64,000 nucleotides of DNA from an uncultured Treponema sp. (GTDB taxonomy: Bacteria; Spirochaetota; Spirochaetia; Treponematales; Treponemataceae), in assembly GCA_963548875.1 (NCBI GenBank), contig CAUUVZ010000001.1, forward strand, positions 11,038 to 75,037, given 5' to 3'. Positions 50,647 through 61,100 of the stretch are shown here, one piece after another (positions within the stretch are counted from its first letter, which is position 1; every line of letters starts with the position of its first letter). The position numbers and the translations under genes are program-made. Below the pieces are notes generated by a model. That model did not search any database. It saw nothing but the letters and a program-made list of their open reading frames with translations, and was not told the origin of the DNA.

Positions 50647-53600
50647 CTGCCGAATTCTTCTTCGCCGTTTAATGTACGCGGCAATCCCGTATAAATTTCC
50701 GGTTCATAATCCGGCATAGGATGACTTACATATTTCATATTTTGTTCTGCAAGATTGCTTCCGCCGAGTCTTATCATTGTAGTCTGATTCCGCGTAAGTG
50801 CGTCCCATGCACGCATGGATTCTTGGAAATTAACCATTGCCTGCGCGTTCAGAGAACTGTTTCCGTTTCTGCGGGCAAGTCTGTAAAGCGTTACTCCAAG
50901 ATTGTTTGATGCCTTCAGGTATAAATCGACAATTTCACCGTCTTCCGAACGGGTCTGCGGGAACATAATTCCTTTCTGTGCGCGCTCTGCATCCAAATGG
51001 TCTATAAGACGCTCGTAATATCCTTGTGCGGCATAATTATCATCGCGCAATGAAAGAGTATTTCCCATCGCCATAAGAAGATTCATATCGGAAGACTCTT
51101 CTTCAGATGCTTTCATAAACGAGCCGAGAGCTTCCGAATAATTCTTCTTTCCGTATTGAATATAACCGATTTTATAACGGATTTTCGGCGTATCGTAGAA
51201 ATTATCAACAGCATCTTTGTAATTCAATAGAGCACTTTCCGTATCACCTGATATAAAATATTCTATATCGCCGATGTCGCCGTAAAGTTGTCCTACCTGC
51301 CTATTGCCTTCAAGACCGCTGCCTTCGTGCTGTGCGGTGAAAAGCGAAATTCCGCCTGTATACGCTTCCAGTGCTTTTAGATATTCATGTTCATTTTTAT
51401 ATTCTTCGCCCAAAAGTCTGTATGAGTCTATGTTTTTATAGACATCTCGTTTTTTTACGGAACGAGCATCATCAAAAAGTTTTATCGTGTGCTGCAAATA
51501 TTCTTTCGATCTGTTCCTGTCTTTCATGTGAACATAATAGCGGGACATATTGTAGAATGCGACCGGATTGTTCTCATCCGCTTTAATCGCACGCACAAGA
51601 GTCTCTTTTACGTCTTCTATTTTTGTGCGCAAATATTCGTCGGAAGGTGCAAGAGTTCCGTACAATTTATCCAAAAGATATCCGCTTAATTCCGTCCAAT
51701 CCTCCGCACCCAGAGATTTTGCTTTAGGCATAAAATTGTCTTTCAACTGTAAAACTTCAAGCAAATTGTCGGTTCTGATGTAATACCGAAGCATTCGTGA
51801 AAGATAAAATAAACTCTTGCTCTTTACTTTATTTGTCTCGACCAAATCGGAATAACGTGCGCGCGCAAGCGGAAATTTTGATGCATCTTTTTCGGTCGCC
51901 CACTCAAGATAAATATCTCCGAGCAAAAGAATTCCGTCAGGATCGTTTACGTGATGATCGAGTATATCGCGAAGAACAACTTCTTCCGCTTTAGAGTAAT
52001 TTGCAAGATCGTTCAATTCCATTTGTGCATATTCAAGTCCCGCCGTCTTATCGAATTTGAACGTACGCAGAATTCCCGTATACATTTGCTCTGCGCGTAC
52101 ATATTGTTTGTGTGCGCGGTAGCCTCGAGCGTATTTGAAAAACCACTTCTTCTGCAGGTTATATTTTACCGCTTCATTGAATTTTTCTTCCGACTGTGGA
52201 TAGCTTTCCGCTTCAAGAAGATTGTAGCCCTGTTTATATAAGTGATTTGCCATTGCAGGCTCGTATATGTAGAATTTTGAGAACATAAATACGAGCCATA
52301 CGAGAAACGCACCTATAAGGCTCATCAACGCGCCGGGAATAATTTTATTTCGCAGTTGATATTGGAACGATGCCTTATATGCTTCGTATTCTGCCGCCGT
52401 ACGCCGTTCAAAATCGCGCGGAACCGGAATAGAAATATCAAGCATTTTTTCCAAATCCGATGCAAGCTGCCGTGCAGAAACTTTTTTTAATACTTTTTGA
52501 ACAATTTCAAATTCCGCTTCGTCGGTAAATTCGTTCTTGATGATAAGATCTTCAACAGCAAGCCGCACATTCAGCGGATAGGAAGAAAGATTCTTTAGGA
52601 ATTTTTTATAGTCTTCATCCGAAAGTGTATTTTCAGGCAACGTACCGTCATCGGAATCTACGCGTATTTCCGGCTCCGGCATTTTCATTTTGCCGTTTTT
52701 ACCTTCGGCAACCGTATCGACATCCGTAAAACCGCGTATTTCAAAATCACCCGTGTCGATTCTTACATTATCGGCATTGTCAAGCTCAAAGTCTCCGCCC
52801 GAAAGCTGCGTATCCGTATCGGGGAACTCCATTCCGGCGAGTTCGCTTGTATCGAAAGTTTCGATGGGCGTATTTTCATCGGCGGATGTATCTACATCTT
52901 CTCCGTCAGATGCGGAATCGTTTAAATTAAAATCGAAGTTTGTAGGGAAATCATCCGATTCCGGGAAGTCCTCGTTATCTTCGGAAGTTTCATCCGCAAA
53001 CGCATCGGATGTTTTATTTTCGGGCGAGCTTTCTTCTTCCGGAATATCTTCAAAAGCAGGAAAATCGGAAATATTTTCATGGGAGTCCGAAACGGTTTGT
53101 GCATGTTCTTCGGAAGTCTGTAAATCTTCAGGCTGCCCGTCCTGTTCTGATGAAATATCGCCCAAATCCAACGTACCGTCGTCAAGCCCGAACGAATCGT
53201 TTTCCGCATCGTCAAAATTTATCGCGGAAAAATCGGTATCGCTATCCGGTATTCCTGCAAGTAAAGAATCACCGTCCGATGAAGTCGGGATATCCGTTCC
53301 GCCGTCTTTTTCGGGAGCCGTGTCGGAAGCAGGGATATCCGAAAAATCCGGTTCGGCGGAATCTGATTCTTCTTCAGCCGGATTAAAATCTTCTTCGGGC
53401 AGCTCGGAAAGCGTATCCGCTCCTGCGCCTGAAGATTCGGTTTCGGGAAGTTCCATGTCGGAAGAATCGAAAAGTCCCTCAGGCGTACCTGTAAAATATT
53501 CTTCTCCGCCGAGATTATCGTCATCAATAGGCTCGGACGGCTCGAAATCGTCGAATTCCTTGCTCTCCGAACCCAAATCAATCGTATTTGTTTCGGGCAA

Positions 53601-54872
53601 ATCGAAATCCGAAAAATCGACTCCGCTTTTTACGGGTTCTTCCGATGGAGGCTCGGTAAAATCTGCGGGCGGCGCGCTAAAATTATCGTCTGGAGAATTT
53701 TCGTTTTCGGAACTTTCGGAAAGTGAATCCAAATTGTCGAGAGAAAACATTTGTCCCGCCTGAATTCCTGTATCGTCTTCCGTATTTTGATTTTCCGGAG
53801 TTTCTTCGGAAGCTTGAGCGGAAGCGGCGTCAAAAGCGATGTCGTCAAGTTTTATGTCGTTTCCTTCGTCTTCTTCGGAAAAATCCTCCGGCAAAGTTTC
53901 CCGATTGGCAATGTTCTCATCGAATGCAGGCACTTCTTCGGGCGCATTTTCCGACAGATCTTCCAAATCGTCGAGAGAAAACATCTGCCCCGGAAGAATA
54001 TCTCCGCTTTGTGGCTTTGCGTCATCTGGATTGCCGGATTTTTGAGAATCGGACGCGGACGGTTCTGCCGAGACGGAAGATGTTTGCTCTTCCTGAAGCG
54101 GCTTCAAATCTTCCAAATCGTACGCCGCCGTTTCTTCTTCGCCGCTTTGTACATTTTCACCCGATTTATTTGAATCTTCCGTCGTATCCGCAATCGCATC
54201 TTCCAGCGATGGAATTTCCGAAAGTTCTTCTTTGTTATCCTGCTCGGGATTTTGTAAAACGGACATGTCGATTGCTTGATCCAATCTGTCCGAGCTGAGG
54301 CGGCTCATGTCCGTTGCATTTTCATCGGAAGTAAGAGTCTCAACAGGTGCAATATCTTCGGTGCTTTCGTCGGCTTCTTCTTCGCCGTTCGGACTTTCAT
54401 CGGAATCTACGGCACCGCCGAGCAAATCATCGAGACTTAAATCCGCAATATCCGGTTCTTTTTCTTCCTGAGGCGGTGCTTCTTCCGTAGGAGGTTCGTC
54501 TTCCATAAACATGGAAAGATCCGGCATGGAATCGGTGTTTCCCGTACCGGATGTCTGACTTACCAATGACGACAAATCCGGCACATTAACGTTAATCGGA
54601 GATTCTGCAGGTTTTTCCGCAGTACCTGTCGCCGGAGACCCCGTGATATCCGAAAGATCTTCGTCGGTGTTTATATTTTTATTTTCTGCAGACGGTTCGA
54701 TTGCGAGATCGGAAATTCCCATAACAAAGTCGTTTGAATCGTCAATATCTTTGACCGTTCTGGGAATGGGAACGGAAACAACTCTTTCACCGCGCTGGGC
54801 ACGCAGTTCAGCTTCGTTTCCAAGTGAAAGAATATCGGAATTAAATTTTTTAAGCTGACTTAGACCCGGCAT
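50643..54872 (-). CDS. flcA: periplasmic flagellar collar protein FlcA-like
   Basis: Long acidic N-terminal region, LSSYPLNVRLAVED, one TM, TPR-like C-terminal region. Confidence 0.8.
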   Translation of the reverse strand: MPGLSQLKKFNSDILSLGNEAELRAQRGERVVSVPIPRTVKDIDDSNDFVMGISDLAIEPSAENKNINTDEDLSDITGSPATGTAEKPAESPINVNVPDLSSLVSQTSGTGNTDSMPDLSMFMEDEPPTEEAPPQEEKEPDIADLSLDDLLGGAVDSDESPNGEEEADESTEDIAPVETLTSDENATDMSRLSSDRLDQAIDMSVLQNPEQDNKEELSEIPSLEDAIADTTEDSNKSGENVQSGEEETAAYDLEDLKPLQEEQTSSVSAEPSASDSQKSGNPDDAKPQSGDILPGQMFSLDDLEDLSENAPEEVPAFDENIANRETLPEDFSEEDEGNDIKLDDIAFDAASAQASEETPENQNTEDDTGIQAGQMFSLDNLDSLSESSENENSPDDNFSAPPADFTEPPSEEPVKSGVDFSDFDLPETNTIDLGSESKEFDDFEPSEPIDDDNLGGEEYFTGTPEGLFDSSDMELPETESSGAGADTLSELPEEDFNPAEEESDSAEPDFSDIPASDTAPEKDGGTDIPTSSDGDSLLAGIPDSDTDFSAINFDDAENDSFGLDDGTLDLGDISSEQDGQPEDLQTSEEHAQTVSDSHENISDFPAFEDIPEEESSPENKTSDAFADETSEDNEDFPESDDFPTNFDFNLNDSASDGEDVDTSADENTPIETFDTSELAGMEFPDTDTQLSGGDFELDNADNVRIDTGDFEIRGFTDVDTVAEGKNGKMKMPEPEIRVDSDDGTLPENTLSDEDYKKFLKNLSSYPLNVRLAVEDLIIKNEFTDEAEFEIVQKVLKKVSARQLASDLEKMLDISIPVPRDFERRTAAEYEAYKASFQYQLRNKIIPGALMSLIGAFLVWLVFMFSKFYIYEPAMANHLYKQGYNLLEAESYPQSEEKFNEAVKYNLQKKWFFKYARGYRAHKQYVRAEQMYTGILRTFKFDKTAGLEYAQMELNDLANYSKAEEVVLRDILDHHVNDPDGILLLGDIYLEWATEKDASKFPLARARYSDLVETNKVKSKSLFYLSRMLRYYIRTDNLLEVLQLKDNFMPKAKSLGAEDWTELSGYLLDKLYGTLAPSDEYLRTKIEDVKETLVRAIKADENNPVAFYNMSRYYVHMKDRNRSKEYLQHTIKLFDDARSVKKRDVYKNIDSYRLLGEEYKNEHEYLKALEAYTGGISLFTAQHEGSGLEGNRQVGQLYGDIGDIEYFISGDTESALLNYKDAVDNFYDTPKIRYKIGYIQYGKKNYSEALGSFMKASEEESSDMNLLMAMGNTLSLRDDNYAAQGYYERLIDHLDAERAQKGIMFPQTRSEDGEIVDLYLKASNNLGVTLYRLARRNGNSSLNAQAMVNFQESMRAWDALTRNQTTMIRLGGSNLAEQNMKYVSHPMPDYEPEIYTGLPRTLNGEEEFGR

Positions 54873-55025
54873 AATGTAATGATTTTACCTCACAAAATAT
54901 CATGATTTCAAGGGCGGACTTTTAATTTTCCGTTCCGATTTAATATTGCAAATCGAAAAGTCAAAATCAAGGTTACTATAAATAACGGTTTTTTTTGCGT
55001 TTAACTTAATGGTTTTAGGTAAACG

Positions 55026-55134
55026 GGCGGCGGTAAAAACGGGGTTTACAGGCTTTCACTTTGCTTCCGCCGCCGCAAGTTTTCCCTAAAGAAAACTTGT
55101 GTAGCAATGTGTGTCTCAAAACTCGAGTAGAGGC
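55026..55134 (-). repeat. partial element: one 74-nt module plus an IS982-like end
   Basis: GGCGGCGG-N33-CCGCCGCC next to hairpin CAAGTTTTC-N6-GAAAACTTG; reverse complement of 55118-55133 is CCTCTACTCGAGTTTT. Confidence 0.6.
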
Positions 55135-55158
55135 GGTGGGCGGTAAAAAAATAGTTTT

Positions 55159-55531
55159 AGGTCGAATGTTGGGTTTTTCTATTTTTATAAATATCATAAT
55201 AGGTTACCTAAAAAATTAAAATGTATGAAAGAATTGGGATTTCAAAGGGCGGCGGACGGTGGAACGTAATATGAAAGACACAACCGGTTTCCCGTCCGCT
55301 GCAATTTTGCATAACGCAAAATTGCATAAAAGATTCTTTATTGCACCCAAGTGGGAAATCTACAGCCTGTGACCGGTTGCACAAGTTTCGAATTTTCGAA
55401 ACTTGAAGCGGACAGAAAATAATCTAAGTCCATAAAAGCAATTTAACTGTCTGCCGCTCCTTTGAAAAAAAGGTTTAAGGTTTGCCTTAGTAAGGATGTA
55501 AACTTTGAGTTTATAAAACTCGGAATTAAAC
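55159..55531. mobile_element. non-autonomous MITE-like element (copy 2, inverted, degenerate ends)
   Basis: Reverse complement aligns with 45661-45983 in long blocks (e.g. CGAGTTTTATAAACTCAA, TAAGGCAA.CCTTAAACCTTTTT, TTTTAATTTTTTAGGTAACCTAT). Confidence 0.75.
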
Positions 55532-55662
55532 CTTTTAAAGACTTAACGGATTCATCGTCCGCCGTGCTTTTTGTATGACCGGAAATAAAGATTGAATTTG
55601 TGTCCGCTTAAAATTAAGGTTATAATACGCTTGTTATTTTTATTTTTTTTTGCGAGGTTTTT

Positions 55663-57390
55663 ATGAAATCAAGGACGGAGCTGCCGTGGACGTTTTTAGA
55701 TGAATTTAGAGGAACGGATTTTAAAGGTGAATGGCCTACCGTCCCCGAGATGTTCGGTATATCCTGCCGCAGATTTCCTGCTCGCCCATGCTTTACGGTT
55801 TTCGAGCCGGACAGAATTACACTGACATATTCAGAAACTCTTGATTGTGTAAAACGACTTTCCAACTGGATGCTTTCACAGGGCATTCAAAAGGGAGATA
55901 AAATTGCGGTAAGCGGCAAAAATTCTCCGGAATGGGCTGCAGTTTATCTTGCCGCTTTATTTTCCGGCGCAGTAATCGTTCCTATTGATTACGGACTGCA
56001 TAACGAAGAAATCGACAATCTCCTTGCCGCATCCAAACCTCGTATTTTTTTTGTAGACGAAGAGAAAATCGCATATTTTGATAAAAATCCGTCCGGAGCC
56101 AAGATATATTCTCTTTCTTGTAAAGATTCTCTGCGCTATGTGTTTTCGCTTGTTTCCGAAAAAAACTTTACTGCGGAAATGCCCGTCTGCGATGATCTTG
56201 CGGCAATTCTGTTTACTTCTGGTACGACAGGCAATCCGAAAGGCGTTATGCTGACTCATAAAAATCTTGTCTCCGATTGCTATATAGCGCAGACTCGCAT
56301 GAGAATCTATTCGTCCGACGTATTTTATGCGCTTTTGCCCATTCACCACGCATACACGATGCTTGCGGTTTTTATTGAAGCAATTTCCGTAGGCGCGGAA
56401 CTTGTCTTTGCAAAATCGATGGTAGTCAAAAAAATGATGCAGGAACTTAAAGAGGGTAGGATAACGATGCTGCTCGGAGTTCCGCTTTTATTCAACAAAC
56501 TTATGACGGGAATCATAAAAGGGATTAAGGCAAAAGGCATTGTTGTTTATGCGCTTATTAGAGCTTTAATGGGATTATCATATCTTATAAAGAAAATTTT
56601 TAAAGTTAATCCCGGAAAGAAGATGTTCGGAGCACTTCTGCGCCAAGCGAATATCAGCACGCTCCGTATAGCAATCTGCGGCGGAGGCCCGCTTACTCCA
56701 AGCGTGTTCAAAAAATATAATGAGTTGGGAATTGATTTTGTTCAGGGCTACGGTCTTACGGAAACTTCGCCGATTATAACGCTTAATCCTGTCGAACATT
56801 TTAAAATCGAAAGTGTCGGACAGTATTTTTTTCCATATATGGAAATGCGTATTGCAGAGCCGGACGAACAAGGAGTCGGCGAAGTTCAGGTAAAAGGCCC
56901 TATGGTGATGAAGGGCTATTACAATATGCCGCAGGAAACTGCGGACGTTTTTACCGAAGACGGTTGGTTTAAGACAGGCGATTTAGGACGGCTTGACGGC
57001 GAAGGCTATCTTATGCTTTCGGGGCGTGCGAAAAATATAATCGTTACGGAAGGCGGTAAAAATGTCTTCCCCGAAGAAATTGAAAACGCATTCACTTTAT
57101 TTGACGATATTGAACAAATTACGATTCAAGGCTATGTCGAAAATGCTGACACAAAATCGGAGGCGATAGAAGCTCTCATCTATCCTTCCGATACGCTTTT
57201 TGCCCGATTCAACATAAATCGAGGAGATAAAGCCGCATCCGAAAAAGTTCGGAGCGTTTTAAGTGAAATTATTTCTCGTGTAAATAAAAATCAGCCGCCG
57301 TATGCGAAAATCTCTAAAATCACGATTCTTGAAAAACCTCTTGAAATGACTACGACAAAAAAAGTCAAACGCAGTTACGCAAAAAAGTAA
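55663..57390 (+). CDS. long-chain acyl-CoA synthetase (AMP-binding)
   Basis: FTSGTTGNPKG, GYGLTET, WFKTGDLG, GRAKNIIV. Confidence 0.93.
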   Translation: MKSRTELPWTFLDEFRGTDFKGEWPTVPEMFGISCRRFPARPCFTVFEPDRITLTYSETLDCVKRLSNWMLSQGIQKGDKIAVSGKNSPEWAAVYLAALFSGAVIVPIDYGLHNEEIDNLLAASKPRIFFVDEEKIAYFDKNPSGAKIYSLSCKDSLRYVFSLVSEKNFTAEMPVCDDLAAILFTSGTTGNPKGVMLTHKNLVSDCYIAQTRMRIYSSDVFYALLPIHHAYTMLAVFIEAISVGAELVFAKSMVVKKMMQELKEGRITMLLGVPLLFNKLMTGIIKGIKAKGIVVYALIRALMGLSYLIKKIFKVNPGKKMFGALLRQANISTLRIAICGGGPLTPSVFKKYNELGIDFVQGYGLTETSPIITLNPVEHFKIESVGQYFFPYMEMRIAEPDEQGVGEVQVKGPMVMKGYYNMPQETADVFTEDGWFKTGDLGRLDGEGYLMLSGRAKNIIVTEGGKNVFPEEIENAFTLFDDIEQITIQGYVENADTKSEAIEALIYPSDTLFARFNINRGDKAASEKVRSVLSEIISRVNKNQPPYAKISKITILEKPLEMTTTKKVKRSYAKK

Positions 57391-57399
57391 GCAGATTCT

Positions 57400-59172
57400 A
57401 TGCACGGATTAAAAAAAATTATTGCAGGGTTGGAAAAACGCTATAAATTCTACACCCTGCTTTGCCCCTTTTTGATGATTGCCGAAGTTTTTATGGAAAC
57501 TTTGATTCCGTATTTGATGGCAATGATAATCGACACCGGTATTGCTCAAAAAAATATAGGATTTGTGCTGAACAAAGGACTTATTATGATTTTTTGCGCA
57601 TTAATTTCGCTTACTGCCGGTGTTTCGGGGGCAAGACTTGGAGCTTCTGCGGCGGTAGGCTTTGCGCGGAATCTTAGGCGCAATCTTTTTGATAAGATAC
57701 AAAGTTTTTCGTTTTCCAATACGGATAAATTCGGTACAGCATCACTTATAACGCGCCTTACGACAGACGTTACCAACGCGCAAAATGTTTACATGATGCT
57801 TGTGCGTATATGTTTCCGTGCACCGTTTATGCTGATTACCGGAACTGTCATGGCTTTTTTTATAAATGAGCGGCTTGCACTTGTTTTCCTTTTTGCAATT
57901 CCTGTTCTCGCTTTTATGATTTTTATTATTGCGCGGAAATCTCATCCGCGTTTTAAGTCGATGCTTGAAAAATACGACATTATGAACCGCACTGTGCAAG
58001 AAAGCCTGACCGCACTGCGCTTGGTAAAATCTTTTGTACGCGGCGAATTTGAAAATCAAAAGTTTGAAGAAGCCGCTGATTCGGTAAGAAAAGCTCAAGT
58101 CCGCGCCGAAAGCGTAATTATCTTTTTAATGCCGATAATGCAGCTTGTCGTTTACTCGTCGATAATCGCTGTTATGTGGTTCGGCGGACACATGGTTGTG
58201 TTCGGTTCGATGCAGGCTGGCGAATTGGTAAGTTTTTTGACATACGTTACGCAGATTCTTATGTCGCTTATGATAATAGGAATGGTTTTTGTCGGAATCG
58301 TGCTTTCCCGCGCAAGTGTAGGACGTATTTTGGAAGTTTTAAACGAAACTCCCGCAATTACCGAGCGCGAGGACGCATTGACGGAAATAAAAGACGGTTC
58401 CGTAGATTTTGAAAACGTTTCTTTTCGCTATGATAAAGATTCGGAAAGCGAAATCTTGAGCGGCATAAATCTTCACATATCGAGCGGACAAACCGTAGGG
58501 ATTATAGGCGGAACGGGAGCCGCAAAAACGACTTTAGTCCAGCTTATCCCCCGTCTTTATGATGTTTTATCCGGCTCCGTAAAAGTCGGGGGTGTCGATG
58601 TGCGGGATTATGCCTTAACCGCTCTACGCTCAGGCGTGGGGCTTGTGCTGCAAAAAAATGTGCTCTTTACAGGAACCGTTGAAGAAAACTTGAAGTGGGG
58701 AGACGCAGGTGCTTCTGCAGAAGAAATTTCTTCCGTCTGCGTTGCTGCAGAAGCTGACTTTTTTATAAAATCTCTGCCGGATTCTTACGGAACATTGCTT
58801 GGACAAGGCGGAGTAAATCTTTCCGGCGGGCAAAAGCAGCGTCTTTGCATTGCGCGCGCACTCTTAAAGAATCCGAAAGTCCTCATTCTTGACGACAGCA
58901 CAAGCGCACTCGATACAGTTACCGAATCGAAAGTCAGAAAAACGCTCCGTTCAAGTTATAAAGGGATTACGAAAATCATCATTGCGCAGCGCATTTCTTC
59001 GGTAAAGGATGCGGATTTTATCGTAGTGCTTGACGGCGGAAAAATTTGCGGACTTGGAACGCACTCGGAGCTTTTGAAAAATAACTCAATCTACAAAGAA
59101 GTTGCAGCTTCTCAGCAAACCGGCGGAGATGCGGATATTTCTTTGCCGGAAGAATCGGAAGCGTCGGAATAA
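57400..59172 (+). CDS. heterodimeric ABC exporter subunit (degenerate catalytic residues)
   Basis: TMD+NBD; GGTGAAKT, LSGGQ, LILDD, IIAQR. Confidence 0.93.
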   Translation: MHGLKKIIAGLEKRYKFYTLLCPFLMIAEVFMETLIPYLMAMIIDTGIAQKNIGFVLNKGLIMIFCALISLTAGVSGARLGASAAVGFARNLRRNLFDKIQSFSFSNTDKFGTASLITRLTTDVTNAQNVYMMLVRICFRAPFMLITGTVMAFFINERLALVFLFAIPVLAFMIFIIARKSHPRFKSMLEKYDIMNRTVQESLTALRLVKSFVRGEFENQKFEEAADSVRKAQVRAESVIIFLMPIMQLVVYSSIIAVMWFGGHMVVFGSMQAGELVSFLTYVTQILMSLMIIGMVFVGIVLSRASVGRILEVLNETPAITEREDALTEIKDGSVDFENVSFRYDKDSESEILSGINLHISSGQTVGIIGGTGAAKTTLVQLIPRLYDVLSGSVKVGGVDVRDYALTALRSGVGLVLQKNVLFTGTVEENLKWGDAGASAEEISSVCVAAEADFFIKSLPDSYGTLLGQGGVNLSGGQKQRLCIARALLKNPKVLILDDSTSALDTVTESKVRKTLRSSYKGITKIIIAQRISSVKDADFIVVLDGGKICGLGTHSELLKNNSIYKEVAASQQTGGDADISLPEESEASE

Positions 59173-59204
59173 AAATGTAAAATACGCATATATTTGGAGG
59201 ACTA

Positions 59205-61100
59205 ATGCCGCCGGTAAAAATAAAGGGAGTTCAAAAACCCCGCGACATAAAAAAAGTGATGTTCAGACTGTTCGGTTATATGGGCGGCTTTAAAATGCTC
59301 TGGCTCTTAGTGGCGGTATGTGTAATATGCAGTGCATTTGCGAGCGCAGCCGCTTCATATATGATAAAACCCGCATTAAACAATTTTATTCTCCCTTTGA
59401 TTGGACACGAAAATCCTGATTTTTCCGCTTTGCTTTCTATGCTGCAAACGCTTGCGTTGATTTTTATATTGGGAGCATTTGCAACATGGTCGAATTCCCG
59501 CCTGATGCTCCATATTTCATCGACGCTAATATTCAAAATACGCACGGATTTACAAAAAAAGCTGCTTTCTCTTCCGGTGCGTTTTCACGATAAAAGAACT
59601 CACGGCGAACTTATGTCGCTTTTTACGAATGACACGGATACGCTGCGGGATATGCTGAGTCAATCCGTGCCGCAGTTAATATCTTCCGTTTTGACCGTTT
59701 CAATAGTTTTCGTGATGATGATAATTTTAAGTCCGCTGCTTACTGTTATTGTCGCGGCAAGTATGAGCGTAACGATGATTTTTATGCGCAAAATTGCAAA
59801 AAGAAGTTCCCGAGCTTTTAAGCGTCAACAGGACGATTTAGGCGCACTTAACGGTTACGCAGAAGAAATGATTGAAGGGCAGAAAGTTGTAAAAATCTTC
59901 AACTATGAAACGGAATCACGTGCGCGCTTTTCGGAATTGAATGACAATCTCTGCCGCTCCGGAACGGAAGCACTTTCTCTTTCAAGTATGCTTTTTCCGC
60001 TTATGGAGAACCTTTCGCACATTCAATATGCCGTAATCGCAATAAGCGGCGCATACATGGTCATAAAAGGCAAACTTGATTTGGGTACCGCCGCCGCATT
60101 TTTTCAATACACACGGAGTTTCAGTCAGCCTTTTTCCATGATAAGTCAGCTTGCCGTAACCATATTGAACGCGTTGGCAGGTGCCGAACGCATATTTACG
60201 GTGTTGGATGAACAATCGGAAGATTCCGGCGGCGAAACCGTTCTTGTAAACGCATACACGGTAAAGGAGAGCAAAACCGGTAATGAAAAACTTGTGCAGT
60301 CTTTTGCGCACACAGGCGAATGGGCTTGGAAGCGTTTCGGCGATTCAAGTCTTGTTCCTTTGCGCGGTGATGTAATATTCGATCACGTAAGTTTCGGTTA
60401 CACGCCGCGAAAAACGGTTCTGCACGATGTCTGCATTCATGCGAAAAGCGGACGAAAAATTGCGCTCGTCGGTTCTACAGGAAGCGGCAAAACCACTATA
60501 ACAAATCTGCTTACGCGCTTTTACGATGTTCCTGAACGATGCGGACTTATCACTTACGACGGAATTCCGCTTTCTTTGATTTCTAAAGATGATTTACGGC
60601 GTTCTTTGGGTATGGTTTTGCAGGACACACATCTTTTTACGGGGACTATTGCGGAAAATATACGCTACGGCAATTTGAATGCATCTGAAGCTCAAGTGAT
60701 TGCCGCAGCCCGTCTTGCAAACGCGGACGGATTTATATCCCAGCTTAAAGACGGATATATGACCGTAATTACGGGAGATGGAGGAGCATTGAGTCAGGGA
60801 CAAAGGCAGCTTATATCGATTGCGCGTGCCGCCGCCGCAGATCCGCCCGTGTTGATTTTGGACGAAGCGACAAGCTCCATCGACACGCGCACGGAAAGTC
60901 TTATTCAAAAAGGAATGGACAGTCTTATGAAAGGAAGAACGGTATTTGTAATTGCGCACCGCCTTTCTACCGTCCGCAATGCCGATGAAATAATAGTTCT
61001 GGAACACGGCTGCATAATAGAACGCGGCAACCACGACTCCCTAATGGCACTTAAAGGACGGTATTACGGATTATATACCGGCAACACAATGGGCGGCTAA
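59205..61100 (+). CDS. heterodimeric ABC exporter subunit (canonical catalytic residues)
   Basis: TMD+NBD; GSTGSGKT, LSQGQ, LILDE, IAHR. Confidence 0.93.
   Translation: MPPVKIKGVQKPRDIKKVMFRLFGYMGGFKMLWLLVAVCVICSAFASAAASYMIKPALNNFILPLIGHENPDFSALLSMLQTLALIFILGAFATWSNSRLMLHISSTLIFKIRTDLQKKLLSLPVRFHDKRTHGELMSLFTNDTDTLRDMLSQSVPQLISSVLTVSIVFVMMIILSPLLTVIVAASMSVTMIFMRKIAKRSSRAFKRQQDDLGALNGYAEEMIEGQKVVKIFNYETESRARFSELNDNLCRSGTEALSLSSMLFPLMENLSHIQYAVIAISGAYMVIKGKLDLGTAAAFFQYTRSFSQPFSMISQLAVTILNALAGAERIFTVLDEQSEDSGGETVLVNAYTVKESKTGNEKLVQSFAHTGEWAWKRFGDSSLVPLRGDVIFDHVSFGYTPRKTVLHDVCIHAKSGRKIALVGSTGSGKTTITNLLTRFYDVPERCGLITYDGIPLSLISKDDLRRSLGMVLQDTHLFTGTIAENIRYGNLNASEAQVIAAARLANADGFISQLKDGYMTVITGDGGALSQGQRQLISIARAAAADPPVLILDEATSSIDTRTESLIQKGMDSLMKGRTVFVIAHRLSTVRNADEIIVLEHGCIIERGNHDSLMALKGRYYGLYTGNTMGG

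Noticed and set aside
52690..53763. 357-aa Ser-rich plus-strand ORF
   Set aside because: Antisense shadow of the acidic FlcA region.
57400..59172. Degenerate Walker motifs as a sign of a pseudogene
   Set aside because: The LDD/Q-switch pattern is normal for one subunit of heterodimeric ABC exporters.
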